DNA of 59,823 nt, filler included. It is 4 parts of 4 records of this genome, joined end to end, with 100 filler letters (N's around TTAATTAATTAA, not from the genome) between each part and the next. Parts side by side here need not be neighbours in the genome. Positions count along the whole stretch, not along the records: positions 19,484 to 50,755 come from SRR2962707_574; 3 more parts are not named here. One strand, given 5' to 3'. Below, one piece after another: positions 21,645-30,726 of the stretch. The number at the start of each line of letters is the position of its first letter. The stretch's first letter is position 1. The notes under the pieces were generated by a model, which worked only from the letters and a program-made list of their open reading frames with translations, was not told the origin of the DNA and ran no database searches. The translations under genes and the position numbers were made by a program.

Positions 21645-21839
21645 TTATCGCTTGTTCATCTTCTTCTCGGCGAGATTGTTGCGCTCCGCGTCATTGAGGT
21701 CTTCGTCTGCGGCGTCATGGTCCCGCTTGGGGTTGTCATCGGCAGGCTTGTAGCCGCGGGGGCGTGTTTCCTCTGGACCTTGCCAGCGTGGGGATTGGTC
21801 CGTTGTGCCCGAAGGCCCGGATTTCGGTTCCTGTGTCAT
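21645..21839 (-). CDS. Small hydrophilic hypothetical protein
   Basis: RBS AGGAG before ATG 21839 (MTQEPKSG...). EcfG-type promoter upstream. Confidence 0.62.
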   Translation of the reverse strand: MTQEPKSGPSGTTDQSPRWQGPEETRPRGYKPADDNPKRDHDAADEDLNDAERNNLAEKKMNKR

Positions 21840-21887
21840 GTGATGTCTCCTGTTTGAAAGCAACACCAGCGTGTGATCATGACTCCA

Positions 21888-21912
21888 AATGCCAGACGTG
21901 CTGCAAGGTTCC
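21888..21912 (-). promoter_or_regulatory. EcfG/RpoE2-type promoter
   Basis: Minus strand GGAAC-N16-CATT. Confidence 0.65.
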
Positions 21913-21972
21913 AGCCAATTTGCCGGCAGCTTCCAGCGCGGCACGTTCAGGGGTTCTTTCGCCCAGCCCCGA

Positions 21973-22260
21973 TCACTCGCCGGGGGTGGACATCCGGCTC
22001 TGCTTCAACGGCTCGAGCAACAGCCGCATCTCGGCGGTGGCCGCGGAGAAAATGGCGTAGCCGTTTGCCGGCACGGCTCCGGGATCTTCCTGCGCATCGG
22101 CGGGAGGCCACCGTTCATTCAGATCATTGAGCAACACACTCACATCAACATCATGCTTGGCCACGTGCATCAGCAGCCACTGCAAGGCATGGCGTTGTGC
22201 AATCAGCCGCCCCTCGATTTCCGCAGCCGACATTTCGGGTACTTCAAATGTCTCGTCCAT
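21973..22260 (-). CDS. Hypothetical protein
   Basis: RBS GAGGA, 95 aa ORF (EIEGRLIAQR...QEDPGAVP). Confidence 0.65.
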   Translation of the reverse strand: MDETFEVPEMSAAEIEGRLIAQRHALQWLLMHVAKHDVDVSVLLNDLNERWPPADAQEDPGAVPANGYAIFSAATAEMRLLLEPLKQSRMSTPGE

Positions 22261-22350
22261 GGTTTTGCATCCTCAATCTGTTTTTCAACCGAACTGATCT
22301 GGCACTGATCGAGAATACCATGATCCGCGCGGGTTACAGTTCAACGGGGC

Positions 22351-22375
22351 AATTCTTGTAAGATGCATTGGTTCC
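22351..22375 (-). promoter_or_regulatory. Possible EcfG/RpoE2-type promoter (weaker -10)
   Basis: Minus strand GGAAC-N16-AATT. Confidence 0.45.
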
Positions 22376-22430
22376 CTGCCCGAACACGGCTCGCATGTTG
22401 ACGGCTACGCGGTGGCTCGATCGCCTGCCC

Positions 22431-22456
22431 GGAACAATTTCGGCGGCACCATCGTT
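22431..22456 (+). promoter_or_regulatory. EcfG/RpoE2-type promoter
   Basis: GGAAC-N17-CGTT, 25 nt before ATG 22482. Confidence 0.75.
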
Positions 22457-22481
22457 ACCCCCCAACGAAAGGATTGAGACC

Positions 22482-22634
22482 ATGACAACAGAGCAAGAGG
22501 AAAGATCGTTTTCCGGAAGCAAGGCGCGGCAGGGAGACATCATTCTCCGGACGCCCGCAAGGCGCTTTATTTTCATCCTGGGCTTGGTGGGCTTCGTTCT
22601 CCTGGCAGCCGCACTCGCCATTTTTGTACCATGA
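22482..22634 (+). CDS. 50-aa single-TM small protein
   Basis: RBS AAAGGA. MTTEQEERSFSGSKARQGDIILRTP followed by a C-terminal hydrophobic helix. Confidence 0.65.
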   Translation: MTTEQEERSFSGSKARQGDIILRTPARRFIFILGLVGFVLLAAALAIFVP

Positions 22635-22708
22635 GCCGCGTCCAAATTCAGCCTTGATCTGTCTTTCAACTTCACGTCACGAAGCATGGGCCGAACGGCG
22701 CCAGGCTC

Positions 22709-22960
22709 GGCACCGTAAAGTTAACCTGTCGGCGATCGAGTTGTGCGATCTTTCAGCATGACCCAAGTCACTCGTGATCGCCTTTATCGCCGCCATCGGT
22801 TTCCAGCTAAAGTGATTGACCACGCCGTGTGGCTCTAACTTCGTTTTCCGCTCAGCCTGCGCATGGTCGAAGATCTGTTGGCGGCTCGTGGGATCATCAT
22901 TTCCCACCAGACCGTGCGCTTCTGATTGGAAAAATTCGGCTGGCTGTCGCCGGAGTTGAT
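22709..22960 (+). mobile_element. IS6-family remnant (left end + decayed transposase 5' part)
   Basis: Terminal GGCACCGTAAAGTTAA, then MTQVTRDRLYRRHRFPAKVIDHAVWL*LRFPLSLRMVEDLLAARGIIISHQTVRF*LEKFG with two in-frame stops. Confidence 0.85.
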
Positions 22961-23017
22961 GCGCGAACTTGCTGCCGAACCATGTCACAGGACTGAAATG
23001 AAACGGTGCTAGCAACC

Positions 23018-23033
23018 GTGGAAACGTTTCCAC
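23018..23033. promoter_or_regulatory. LacI-family operator
   Basis: Perfect palindrome GTGGAAACGTTTCCAC with central CG, 15 nt before the LacI ATG. Confidence 0.8.
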
Positions 23034-23048
23034 ACGAGCTGGTACAGC

Positions 23049-24137
23049 ATGAACCCGAACGCCAAAATCACCATCAAGGATGTCGCCCGCCAAGCGGGAT
23101 GCGGCGTGGCGACGGCGAGCCGGGTTCTCAACAAGTCCGGACCGGCCAGTGCCGAGGTGCGCGAGAAGGTCGAAAACGCGGCCCGCGAACTGGGCTTTTC
23201 CTTCAGCTCCACCGGCCGCGCCCTGCAGAGCAGCAAGTCGATGACAATCGGCTGCCTGGTGCCCTCGCTGATCAATCCGGTCTTTGCCGAAGCCGTGCAG
23301 GGCATTCAGCTCGAGCTCGCCGGGTCCGGCTACCAGCTGCTGATTTCCAGCTCCAGCTATGACGGCACCGCCGACGAGGATGCCGTCGCGACGCTGCTTT
23401 CCAAGGATGTAGACGGATTGATTGTCACCATGGTGGCGCCCAATCGAAGCAGGGCGCTGAAACAGGCACGGCTGCGGGGAATTCCCGTGTCGCTGATGTT
23501 TCATGATCCGCTCGACGGTTTCGTCACAGCCCATGTCGACAATTTCGAGGCGGCCCGCGAAGTCGCCCGCAGGTTTGCCGGCCATGGCCACCGCCGCACC
23601 GGATTTCTGGCGTTGCGCTTTGCATCCTCCGACCGCTCCCGCAACCGCTATGCCGGGTTTCATGCCGAATGCAGGGCGCACGGCCTGGCCGATCCGGTGC
23701 TGATCGAACTGAGCGAAGCGGACGCCAACACACCGGCCAAGCTGGCTGCCATCCTCGACGACTATGCCGATCTGACGGCAATCTTTGCCTCCAATGATTT
23801 CCTCGCCATCGCCGTGCAGAAAGCGGTGCGCCTTCTGGGCTGGCGGGTTCCGCAGGATCTCTCGGTTGTCGGGTTCGATGGCATCGATATAGGCAGGTTG
23901 CTGGAGGTGCCGCTGGCAACGATTGAAACCGAACCCCAGGCGATTGGCCGCCAGGCGGCACGAACGCTTCTTTCAACCTTGCAGGGTGTGACGCTTGAGC
24001 AGCAGCCGGCCCTGCCCTTCCATTTTCGCGCGGGCGCCACATTGGCGGACCCCCGTTCGAAAAACCACGACGACGACCGGGGTGCCACCCGGCCGCCGTC
24101 TGTTCCCTCGCTCAAGACCCAACTCAACCAAGGATGA
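23049..24137 (+). CDS. LacI-family transcriptional regulator
   Basis: TIKDVARQAGCGVATASRVLN, ASNDFLA, VPQDLSVVGFDG. Confidence 0.94.
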   Translation: MNPNAKITIKDVARQAGCGVATASRVLNKSGPASAEVREKVENAARELGFSFSSTGRALQSSKSMTIGCLVPSLINPVFAEAVQGIQLELAGSGYQLLISSSSYDGTADEDAVATLLSKDVDGLIVTMVAPNRSRALKQARLRGIPVSLMFHDPLDGFVTAHVDNFEAAREVARRFAGHGHRRTGFLALRFASSDRSRNRYAGFHAECRAHGLADPVLIELSEADANTPAKLAAILDDYADLTAIFASNDFLAIAVQKAVRLLGWRVPQDLSVVGFDGIDIGRLLEVPLATIETEPQAIGRQAARTLLSTLQGVTLEQQPALPFHFRAGATLADPRSKNHDDDRGATRPPSVPSLKTQLNQG

Positions 24138-24141
24138 ACCC

Positions 24142-25149
24142 ATGAAACATATAGCCTTCGCGGCCCTCGTCGCAACCGTTGCCTTGCCGGCCATGACCAT
24201 GCCTGCAGCCGCGGAAAACGCCATTTGCTACAATTGCCCGCCACAATGGGCTGACTGGGCCTCGATGCTCAAGGCGATCGAAGAAAAGGTCGGCGTGACA
24301 CTGCCGCATGACAACAAGAACTCGGGCCAGACATTCGCCCAGCTCGTCGCGGAAAAGGCAAACCCGATCGCCGACGTTGCCTATTACGGCGTCACCACCG
24401 GCATCAAGGCCGGCAGCGAAGGTCTTGTCGAGGCCTACAAGCCGGCCGGCTTCGATGACATCCCCGAAGGCCTGAAGGATCCCGAAGGCAGCTGGTTTGC
24501 CGTCCACTACGGCACACTTGGCCTGTTCGTGAACGTCGACGCGCTTGGCGGCGCACCGGTTCCGCAGTGCTGGGGCGATCTGAAGAAGCCGGAATACGAA
24601 GGCATGGTTGGCTATCTCGATCCCTCTTCGGCTTTTGTCGGCTACGCCGGCGCCGTGGCGGTCAACCTCGCCAATGGCGGCGATCTGAACAACTTCGACC
24701 CGGCGATCACCTTCTTCAAAGAACTGTCTGAAAACAGCCCGATCGTCCCCAAGCAGACCTCGTTCGCGCGGGTTGTCTCCGGCGAAATCCCGATCCTGTT
24801 CGACTATGACTTCAACGCCTATCGCGCCAAGTACGATGAAACCGGCAATTTCGAATTCGTGCTTCCGTGCGAAGGCTCGGTCCGCGTGCCTTACGTGATG
24901 AGCCTGGTTGCCAACGCACCGAACGCAGAAGCCGGCAAGAAGGTTCTCGATTACATCCTGTCCGACGAAGGCCAGGCAATCTGGACCAATGCCTATCTCC
25001 AGCCGGCCCGTCCGATCGAGCTGCCGGCCGAAGTTGCCGCCAAGTTCCTGCCTGCCAGCGACTATGAACGCGCCCAGGCCGTCGACTACGCGGAAATGGA
25101 AAAGGCACAAGCCGGTTTCAGCGAGCGCTATCTCTCCGAAGTCAAGTAA
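24142..25149 (+). CDS. ABC transporter substrate-binding protein (Fe3+/thiamine/phosphonate-like class)
   Basis: Signal peptide from ATG 24142, CYNCPPQW, W.DL..PEY.G, first gene of the ABC set. Confidence 0.88.
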   Translation: MKHIAFAALVATVALPAMTMPAAAENAICYNCPPQWADWASMLKAIEEKVGVTLPHDNKNSGQTFAQLVAEKANPIADVAYYGVTTGIKAGSEGLVEAYKPAGFDDIPEGLKDPEGSWFAVHYGTLGLFVNVDALGGAPVPQCWGDLKKPEYEGMVGYLDPSSAFVGYAGAVAVNLANGGDLNNFDPAITFFKELSENSPIVPKQTSFARVVSGEIPILFDYDFNAYRAKYDETGNFEFVLPCEGSVRVPYVMSLVANAPNAEAGKKVLDYILSDEGQAIWTNAYLQPARPIELPAEVAAKFLPASDYERAQAVDYAEMEKAQAGFSERYLSEVK

Positions 25150-25165
25150 CCAGCCATGACGATCC

Positions 25166-25193
25166 GGGCGGAACGGCAACGTTCCGCCCTTTT
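25166..25193 (+). terminator. Intra-operon hairpin after the SBP gene
   Basis: GGGCGGAACG-GCAA-CGTTCCGCCC-TTTT. Confidence 0.7.
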
Positions 25194-25214
25194 CAACCAA
25201 ACAGGAATCCCTCC

Positions 25215-26018
25215 ATGACCTCGCGCCAGTTCGTGATGCTGTGCCTTCTGCCGCTTGCCATCTTCACCATGGCATTTCTTGCTCTCCCGCTGGCACGGCT
25301 GATCATGGGATCAGGCGAAAGCGAGGCGGGTTGGGGCATCTACCTGCAAATCCTGCAAAAGCCGCGTTATCTCTCGGCCTTGCTGCAGACGGTGACGGTT
25401 TCGGTCGCCGTAACCTTTGCAGCCCTTGCCATCTCCACCACCGCCGGGCTGTTTCTGGTGCGCAACCAGTTTGCCGGACGCGGAATCCTGTTGTCGATCC
25501 TCACCTTGCCGCTGGCCTTTCCCGGCGTCGTGGTCGGGTTCATGATCATCCTGCTCGGAGGCCGGCAGGGACTCGTCAACTCGCTTCTCCCGGGCCACTG
25601 GGTGTTTGCCTATTCGGTGTTCGGGCTGTTCCTCGGCTACCTCTATTTTTCGATTCCACGCGTGTTGCTGACGGTCATGGCTGCGGCCGAAAAGATCGAT
25701 CCGGCGCTGGAAGAAGCAGCGCTGACGCTTGGCGCGACGCCCTATCGCATCATCATGGATGTGCTGTTGCCGGCCCTGGCGCCTGCACTTGTTGCAGCTG
25801 GCGCCATTGCCTTTGCCACTGCGATGGGTGCTTTCGGCACAGCCTTCACGCTGGCAACAGACATCGATGTGCTGCCGATGGTGATCTACACCGAGTTCAC
25901 GCTTTCAGCCAATTTCGCCATGGCCTCGGCGCTGTCCGTCGTGCTCGGCCTTGTCACCTGGGCAATGCTGCTGATTGCACGCTCGTTCTCCGGCGGCACC
26001 GTGGCGGCAGGAGGTTGA
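25215..26018 (+). CDS. ABC importer permease 1
   Basis: Multiple TMs, EAA loop LEEAALTLGA. Confidence 0.9.
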   Translation: MTSRQFVMLCLLPLAIFTMAFLALPLARLIMGSGESEAGWGIYLQILQKPRYLSALLQTVTVSVAVTFAALAISTTAGLFLVRNQFAGRGILLSILTLPLAFPGVVVGFMIILLGGRQGLVNSLLPGHWVFAYSVFGLFLGYLYFSIPRVLLTVMAAAEKIDPALEEAALTLGATPYRIIMDVLLPALAPALVAAGAIAFATAMGAFGTAFTLATDIDVLPMVIYTEFTLSANFAMASALSVVLGLVTWAMLLIARSFSGGTVAAGG

Positions 26019-26019
26019 G

Positions 26020-26811
26020 ATGCTGAAATCCCCCGCAAAACTGCTGCAGCTGCTGGTCACACTTGCGGCCTGCGCCTTCCTTCTCGTGCCAACGCTGCAA
26101 TCGGTGCTGGCGGGCGTCACCGTCAATTATTTCCAGGGCATTTCCTCCGGCTTAACGCTCTCCTGGATCGGCGAGGTCTGGGAGCTTTATTCCGACAGCA
26201 TCTTCCTCTCGATCCGGCTGGCGTTGGCCTGCCTTGCAGTGACGCTGGTGCTTGGGGTTCCCGCAGCCTATGCACTGGCGCGCAACCCCGGCCGGGCTTC
26301 GCGCATTCTCGAGGAATTCATCTCGCTGCCGCTGGCCATTCCCGGTCTGGCCCTGGCGCTTGCGTTGTTGCAGCTCTACAGCTCGGTGCGGGGGTTTCGT
26401 GTCAGCTGGACCTTCATCCTCGTCGGCCATGTGCTCTACACCCTGCCCTTCATGGTGCGTTCGGTGCTCTCGGTGCTGGCGGCGATTGACCTCAAAACCC
26501 TGGAAGAAGGCGCCGCTTCGCTCGGAGCCTCGCCGGCCCGCCGGTTTGTCGACATCGTCGTGCCCAATGCCCTGCCGGGCATTCTTGCCGGTGCGCTCAC
26601 GGTGGTTACGCTTTCAATCGGCGAATTCAACCTCACCTGGATGCTGCATACCCCGCTGACGAAGACCCTGCCGGTCGGGCTGGCCGATTCCTATGCGTCG
26701 ATGCGGCTCGAGATCGCATCAGCCTACACGCTGGTCTTCTTCGTGATGATCGTTCCCCTTCTCATGGCCATGCAATGGGCCAGCGCGCGTGCGCAAAGGA
26801 TCATGCAATGA
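26020..26811 (+). CDS. ABC importer permease 2
   Basis: RBS GGAGG, EAA-like LEEGAASLGA. Confidence 0.9.
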   Translation: MLKSPAKLLQLLVTLAACAFLLVPTLQSVLAGVTVNYFQGISSGLTLSWIGEVWELYSDSIFLSIRLALACLAVTLVLGVPAAYALARNPGRASRILEEFISLPLAIPGLALALALLQLYSSVRGFRVSWTFILVGHVLYTLPFMVRSVLSVLAAIDLKTLEEGAASLGASPARRFVDIVVPNALPGILAGALTVVTLSIGEFNLTWMLHTPLTKTLPVGLADSYASMRLEIASAYTLVFFVMIVPLLMAMQWASARAQRIMQ

Positions 26812-27842
26812 CACTCGTTTTGAAAAATGTCGCCAAGACGTTTCCCGGCGGAACCCGCGCGCTGCTTCCGACCGATCTGCAAATAGGCCAGGGTGAGATC
26901 GTCTCGCTGCTCGGTCCTTCCGGATGCGGAAAGTCTACGCTGCTCAGAATCATCGCCGGTCTGGAAACTGCCGAACCCGGCGCCGAAATCCACTTTGATG
27001 ACGAGGATGTCGCAGCCCTGCCGGTGGAACGACGCAAGGTCGGCATGGTTTTTCAGTCCTACGCGCTGTTTCCCAACATGTCGGTGCGGCGCAATATCGG
27101 CTACGGACTGAAAATGCAGAAACTGCCGAAATACGAAATCGACGCCCGTGTCGATGAAGTGATCGCACTGTGCCGGCTCGAACCCTATGCCACCCGCGCG
27201 GTCACAGCCCTTTCGGGCGGTCAACGCCAGCGCGTCGCCCTTGCCCGGGCGTTCGCGCCGCGACCGCGGATCCTGCTGCTCGACGAGCCGCTTTCCGCGC
27301 TTGATGCCTCGCTCCGCAACCAGTTGCGCGATGAACTGGCCCAACTGCTGCGCCAGTTCGACATCACCGCGATCTTCGTCACCCATGATCAGGACGAGGC
27401 GATGGCCATTGCCGACCGTGTCGCGGTGATGAGCCAGGGCGAAGTCGCCCAGATCGGAACCCCCGAAGCGCTCTACCGCAATCCGGCAACGCCTTTCGTC
27501 GCCCGCTTTGTCGGCCATGCCATGCCGCTTGCAGGCCGGATCGACAAGGACAGGCTTCACCTTCAAGGCGGCGCCCTGCCGCTTGCTACAGCATCCGACG
27601 GGTTGCAGGCCTTCGTCCGCGCCGAAGACGTCCGTCTCGATCCCAACGGACCGCTTGAAGCCAGGGTCGAAACCGTCACCTTCCTCGGTACCCATTACCG
27701 CATCGCACTGTCCGGCGTGACGGAAGATCCTCTCTATGCGCTGCATCGCGGGGCGAGTGCACCGGGGCCCGGAGAGACCATCCGCATTGCCATTGCGCCG
27801 GAAGCCGTCATCACCTTGCCCGCAGAACAAGAAGCAGCCTGA
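26808..27842 (+). CDS. ABC importer ATPase (PotA/FbpC-like, TOBE domain)
   Basis: GPSGCGKS, FQSYALFP, LSGGQRQR, LLLDEP. Confidence 0.93.
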   Translation: MTLVLKNVAKTFPGGTRALLPTDLQIGQGEIVSLLGPSGCGKSTLLRIIAGLETAEPGAEIHFDDEDVAALPVERRKVGMVFQSYALFPNMSVRRNIGYGLKMQKLPKYEIDARVDEVIALCRLEPYATRAVTALSGGQRQRVALARAFAPRPRILLLDEPLSALDASLRNQLRDELAQLLRQFDITAIFVTHDQDEAMAIADRVAVMSQGEVAQIGTPEALYRNPATPFVARFVGHAMPLAGRIDKDRLHLQGGALPLATASDGLQAFVRAEDVRLDPNGPLEARVETVTFLGTHYRIALSGVTEDPLYALHRGASAPGPGETIRIAIAPEAVITLPAEQEAA

Positions 27843-28658
27843 ATGTCCTCTTTCATACAGATTACCGATACTCACATCCTACCGGCCGGTGAACTTGCCT
27901 ATGGCCGGTCCGATACCGCCGCAGCACTTGAAACCGCGATCACCACGATCAACGAGCGGCTGCCGCTGCTTGGTAACGTCGAATGCGCCATCGTCACCGG
28001 CGACCTCACCGATCACGGCACGGTGGAGGAATATGGCCGCTTCACCCGGATCATGGCGCGGCTCGAATTACCCTGGCGCGCCATCCCCGGCAATCACGAT
28101 CACCGTGAAACCATGCGTGCCCAATTTGCCGGCGAAGACTGGATGCCCGAAAGCGGCCCGATCCAGTGGCGCAAGGATTTCGAAGCCTTCACGCTGATCG
28201 GACTTGATACGCTGCTGGACGGGGCGCACCACGGCGCGTTGTCGGAACAGGGGCTTGCCTATGCCGACCGGGTTTTGTCCGACATCGGCAACCGCCCGGC
28301 GGTCATCGCCACGCATCATCCGTGGATGCACACCGGCATCAAGGTGATGGATGAGGACAATTTGCGCAATGGCGCAGCACTCATGCAGCGGCTGGAGAAC
28401 CATGCCGGTCCGGTGCGAATGATTTCGGGCCATGTCCATCGCGCTGCCACGACGCAGATCGGCAAGGTGACCTGCCAGATAGCACCGGCGTCCTGCCATG
28501 CAGTCCATCTCGATTACCGTACGGACACCACGAATGACCTGATCCTCGAACCCGGCGGGGTCACCGTCTACAAATGGCTCGAAACACCAACGCCCGCGCT
28601 GATCTCCGCTATCCTTCCGGTTGGAAGCTTTCCAGGGCCGTGGCCATTCGGGGTGTAG
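27843..28658 (+). CDS. Metallophosphoesterase, GpdQ/CpdA-like phosphodiesterase
   Basis: TDTH, TGDL, PGNHD, HHP, GHVH motifs. Confidence 0.88.
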   Translation: MSSFIQITDTHILPAGELAYGRSDTAAALETAITTINERLPLLGNVECAIVTGDLTDHGTVEEYGRFTRIMARLELPWRAIPGNHDHRETMRAQFAGEDWMPESGPIQWRKDFEAFTLIGLDTLLDGAHHGALSEQGLAYADRVLSDIGNRPAVIATHHPWMHTGIKVMDEDNLRNGAALMQRLENHAGPVRMISGHVHRAATTQIGKVTCQIAPASCHAVHLDYRTDTTNDLILEPGGVTVYKWLETPTPALISAILPVGSFPGPWPFGV

Positions 28659-28704
28659 CTGCCAGACTTATCTGGCAACTCCAACGACAAACAATTGGCG
28701 AGAG

Positions 28705-29155
28705 GGCACCGTAAAGTTAAAGGGCTGCTGCCAAGGTTGGCACTCGCCGCTTCCTCTCACGCAGCCTGCAGGCGCGCGAACTCACTCCACATTTGCATGG
28801 CTGCGGTTCTCAGTTCACGGTGATGGTGGGACAGGATGTCGTGGTGTGGAATGTGGAAGCGATTTGCGATCGGGTCATGGATAGGGACGAAGCGTTGAAA
28901 TCTTATCCGTGCATCAATGCCCGCCGAAACGATTGACCCAGAGCCGAATTGTTTCCCGGCTGATAATCACGCTACGTTCGGCAAGCAGATCCTCAACATC
29001 AGCCGTGCTCAGCGCGAAACGATGGTACGCCCTGACCGCGTAGGCGATGATTCCACGAGGGTGAATATAGCCCTTCAGGCGCGGCATTGCAGACGGTATT
29101 TTCATACACCACACTGTAACCAGGTCAGTATGGCTGAACAACTTGGCAATGTCCT
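28705..29155 (-). mobile_element. IS6-family remnant(s), internally deleted
   Basis: Terminal GGCACCGTAAAGTTAA at 28705. On the minus strand the transposase C-terminus (QRFVPIHDPIANRFHIPHH...WSEFARLQAA*) is joined to an N-terminal piece (AYHRFALSTADVEDLLAERSVIISRETIRLWVNRFG). Central DDE region absent. Confidence 0.82.
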
Positions 29156-29179
29156 GACAGGACTTACCAGACGAAAGGG

Positions 29180-29479
29180 TCAAAACCCGACCAGCACCAT
29201 GTCCAGTGCGGACATAATCTCGCTCTCTTGCCCCAACAGACTTGTAACCGGACTACGCAACAGCGTACGAGGTACCGCAGCCATGAACTGCGTAACCATA
29301 ACATACGACTCATCTCCAATCTCAAACACTGGATTGAGACGCTGGGCCGGAGCCGGGGCCTGCGTCAGAGGCAGCAGGGGTATCACGATCCGTGTGTTCA
29401 GCCCATCCAGAACATCCGCTTGAACATCGAGCACATAGCCTGCCCCACTGGGGTTGGCGTAGACCTCAAATCGAGCCAT
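29180..29479 (-). CDS. ccdB: CcdB-family toxin
   Basis: MARFEVY...DVQAD...TRIVIPL...RLNP...ALDMVLVGF. Confidence 0.88.
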   Translation of the reverse strand: MARFEVYANPSGAGYVLDVQADVLDGLNTRIVIPLLPLTQAPAPAQRLNPVFEIGDESYVMVTQFMAAVPRTLLRSPVTSLLGQESEIMSALDMVLVGF

Positions 29480-29715
29480 CAGAACTGCCTATATTTGTCC
29501 AGGGGCAAGCCGTGCATCTCGACCCATGCGTTTGAGCTGGCCAGAGCGGCGGCATTCTCGCGCTGCCAGACTTTCGCCTTCGCCTCGGTCACTGCGCGCC
29601 GCAGACCGGCCTCTGCCGCTTGCGACAGATTTACCCCAAGCGATCTGGCCTCCGTAAGCAGGGACGGATCCAGTGTCAGGTTTGTGGGTTTTTTGGGGGC
29701 AGTCTGGGTTCGCAT
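29479..29715 (-). CDS. ccdA: CcdA-family antitoxin
   Basis: KKPTNLTLD...ARSLGVNLSQAAE...WQREN...HGLPLDKYRQF. 1-nt overlap with ccdB. Confidence 0.9.
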   Translation of the reverse strand: MRTQTAPKKPTNLTLDPSLLTEARSLGVNLSQAAEAGLRRAVTEAKAKVWQRENAAALASSNAWVEMHGLPLDKYRQF

Positions 29716-29731
29716 GGCCTTACCTCGCTTC

Positions 29732-29752
29732 ATGCGCATAATATATGCACAT
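29732..29752. promoter_or_regulatory. Putative ccdAB operator
   Basis: ATGCGCATA-ATA-TATGCACAT inverted repeat (8/9) just upstream of ccdA. Confidence 0.55.
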
Positions 29753-30009
29753 ACAATACGTGACAAGTCTGAATATGCTCATCACCGGCCACAGCTTTTG
29801 ATTTGCAGTGTCAACGCGTGCCCTGGTCAAGCAGATACAACATCGTGCCCGCGCTACAACCACGCTTCCGTCTCCCACATCCCCCCGATACCGTCCTTGC
29901 GGTATCAGACATATTCTGCAGGCAGGCGTGTCTGAGGCTCCCTTTATCTGAAGGATAGACCCTTGAGAGTACGATACCCTCATGTCGGTCAAGTTCATCA
30001 GGCGACACC

Positions 30010-30726
30010 CTATTGCTCATCTTCGTCCGGTTCGACCGATAGCGGTTCCGCGTTTGACGCCTGGCGGCTGAGCAGGCCCGCATCGTCCAGCGCCTCGATA
30101 TCGGGGAGGTCGCGTAAGGTTTCCATGCCAAAGGCTGACAGGAAATGCTTCGTCGTCACATAAGTATAAGGCGCCCCCGGAGTAGGGCTACGCGGCCCTG
30201 ACGCGATGAATCCCGCCCCGCGAAGTGACCCGATCACGTCCCGGCTGACCTCCTTGCCAAAAATCTTCGACAACTCGCTTCGTGTTACCGGCTGGGAATA
30301 GGCAATCGACATCAGCACCATCGCTTCGAACTCCGATAACGCCGCCGTCCCTCCCCGGGTTGGCGCTGCTGAGGCCCTGATCGCAGCTCCGTAAGCCGAA
30401 CGGCTTCTATGCTGCCAGCCGCCGGCGACCGACACCAGCTCATAAGGGCGTGAGCGAAGTTCCTCACGCAGATCGTCAATCAGCAGATCGATGCTGCAGC
30501 CCTTGCCGACAACACGGGCCAGAACCTCCCGGCCAACCGGCTCGGCCGAGGCAAAGATCACCGCTTCAACCCGCATCATCCATTCCCGCCAGCGCAGCTC
30601 CGGCGGCAGCCCCTCCAACTCCCTCTCAAACACTTCGTGTTGCAGGCCTTCGCTTGCGCCATTCGATTGCGGTTTTTGCTCTTTGCTACGAGATGGTTTT
30701 GACGCGTTGGATCCGGCCATCGTCAT
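30010..30726 (-). CDS. scpB: ScpB-like (SMC kite subunit) protein, orphan
   Basis: VEAVIFASAEPV, ELVSVAGGWQ, LS...L..IAYSQPVTRSE, GPRSPTPGAPYTYVTTKHFLSAFGMETLRDLP. ATG 30726 overlaps the upstream TGA. Confidence 0.88.
   Translation of the reverse strand: MTMAGSNASKPSRSKEQKPQSNGASEGLQHEVFERELEGLPPELRWREWMMRVEAVIFASAEPVGREVLARVVGKGCSIDLLIDDLREELRSRPYELVSVAGGWQHRSRSAYGAAIRASAAPTRGGTAALSEFEAMVLMSIAYSQPVTRSELSKIFGKEVSRDVIGSLRGAGFIASGPRSPTPGAPYTYVTTKHFLSAFGMETLRDLPDIEALDDAGLLSRQASNAEPLSVEPDEDEQ

Noticed and set aside
29180-29200. CcdB ends LVGF rather than the F-plasmid FWGI, suggesting an inactive toxin
   Set aside because: The Trp position varies among CcdB homologues, so inactivity cannot be inferred from sequence alone.
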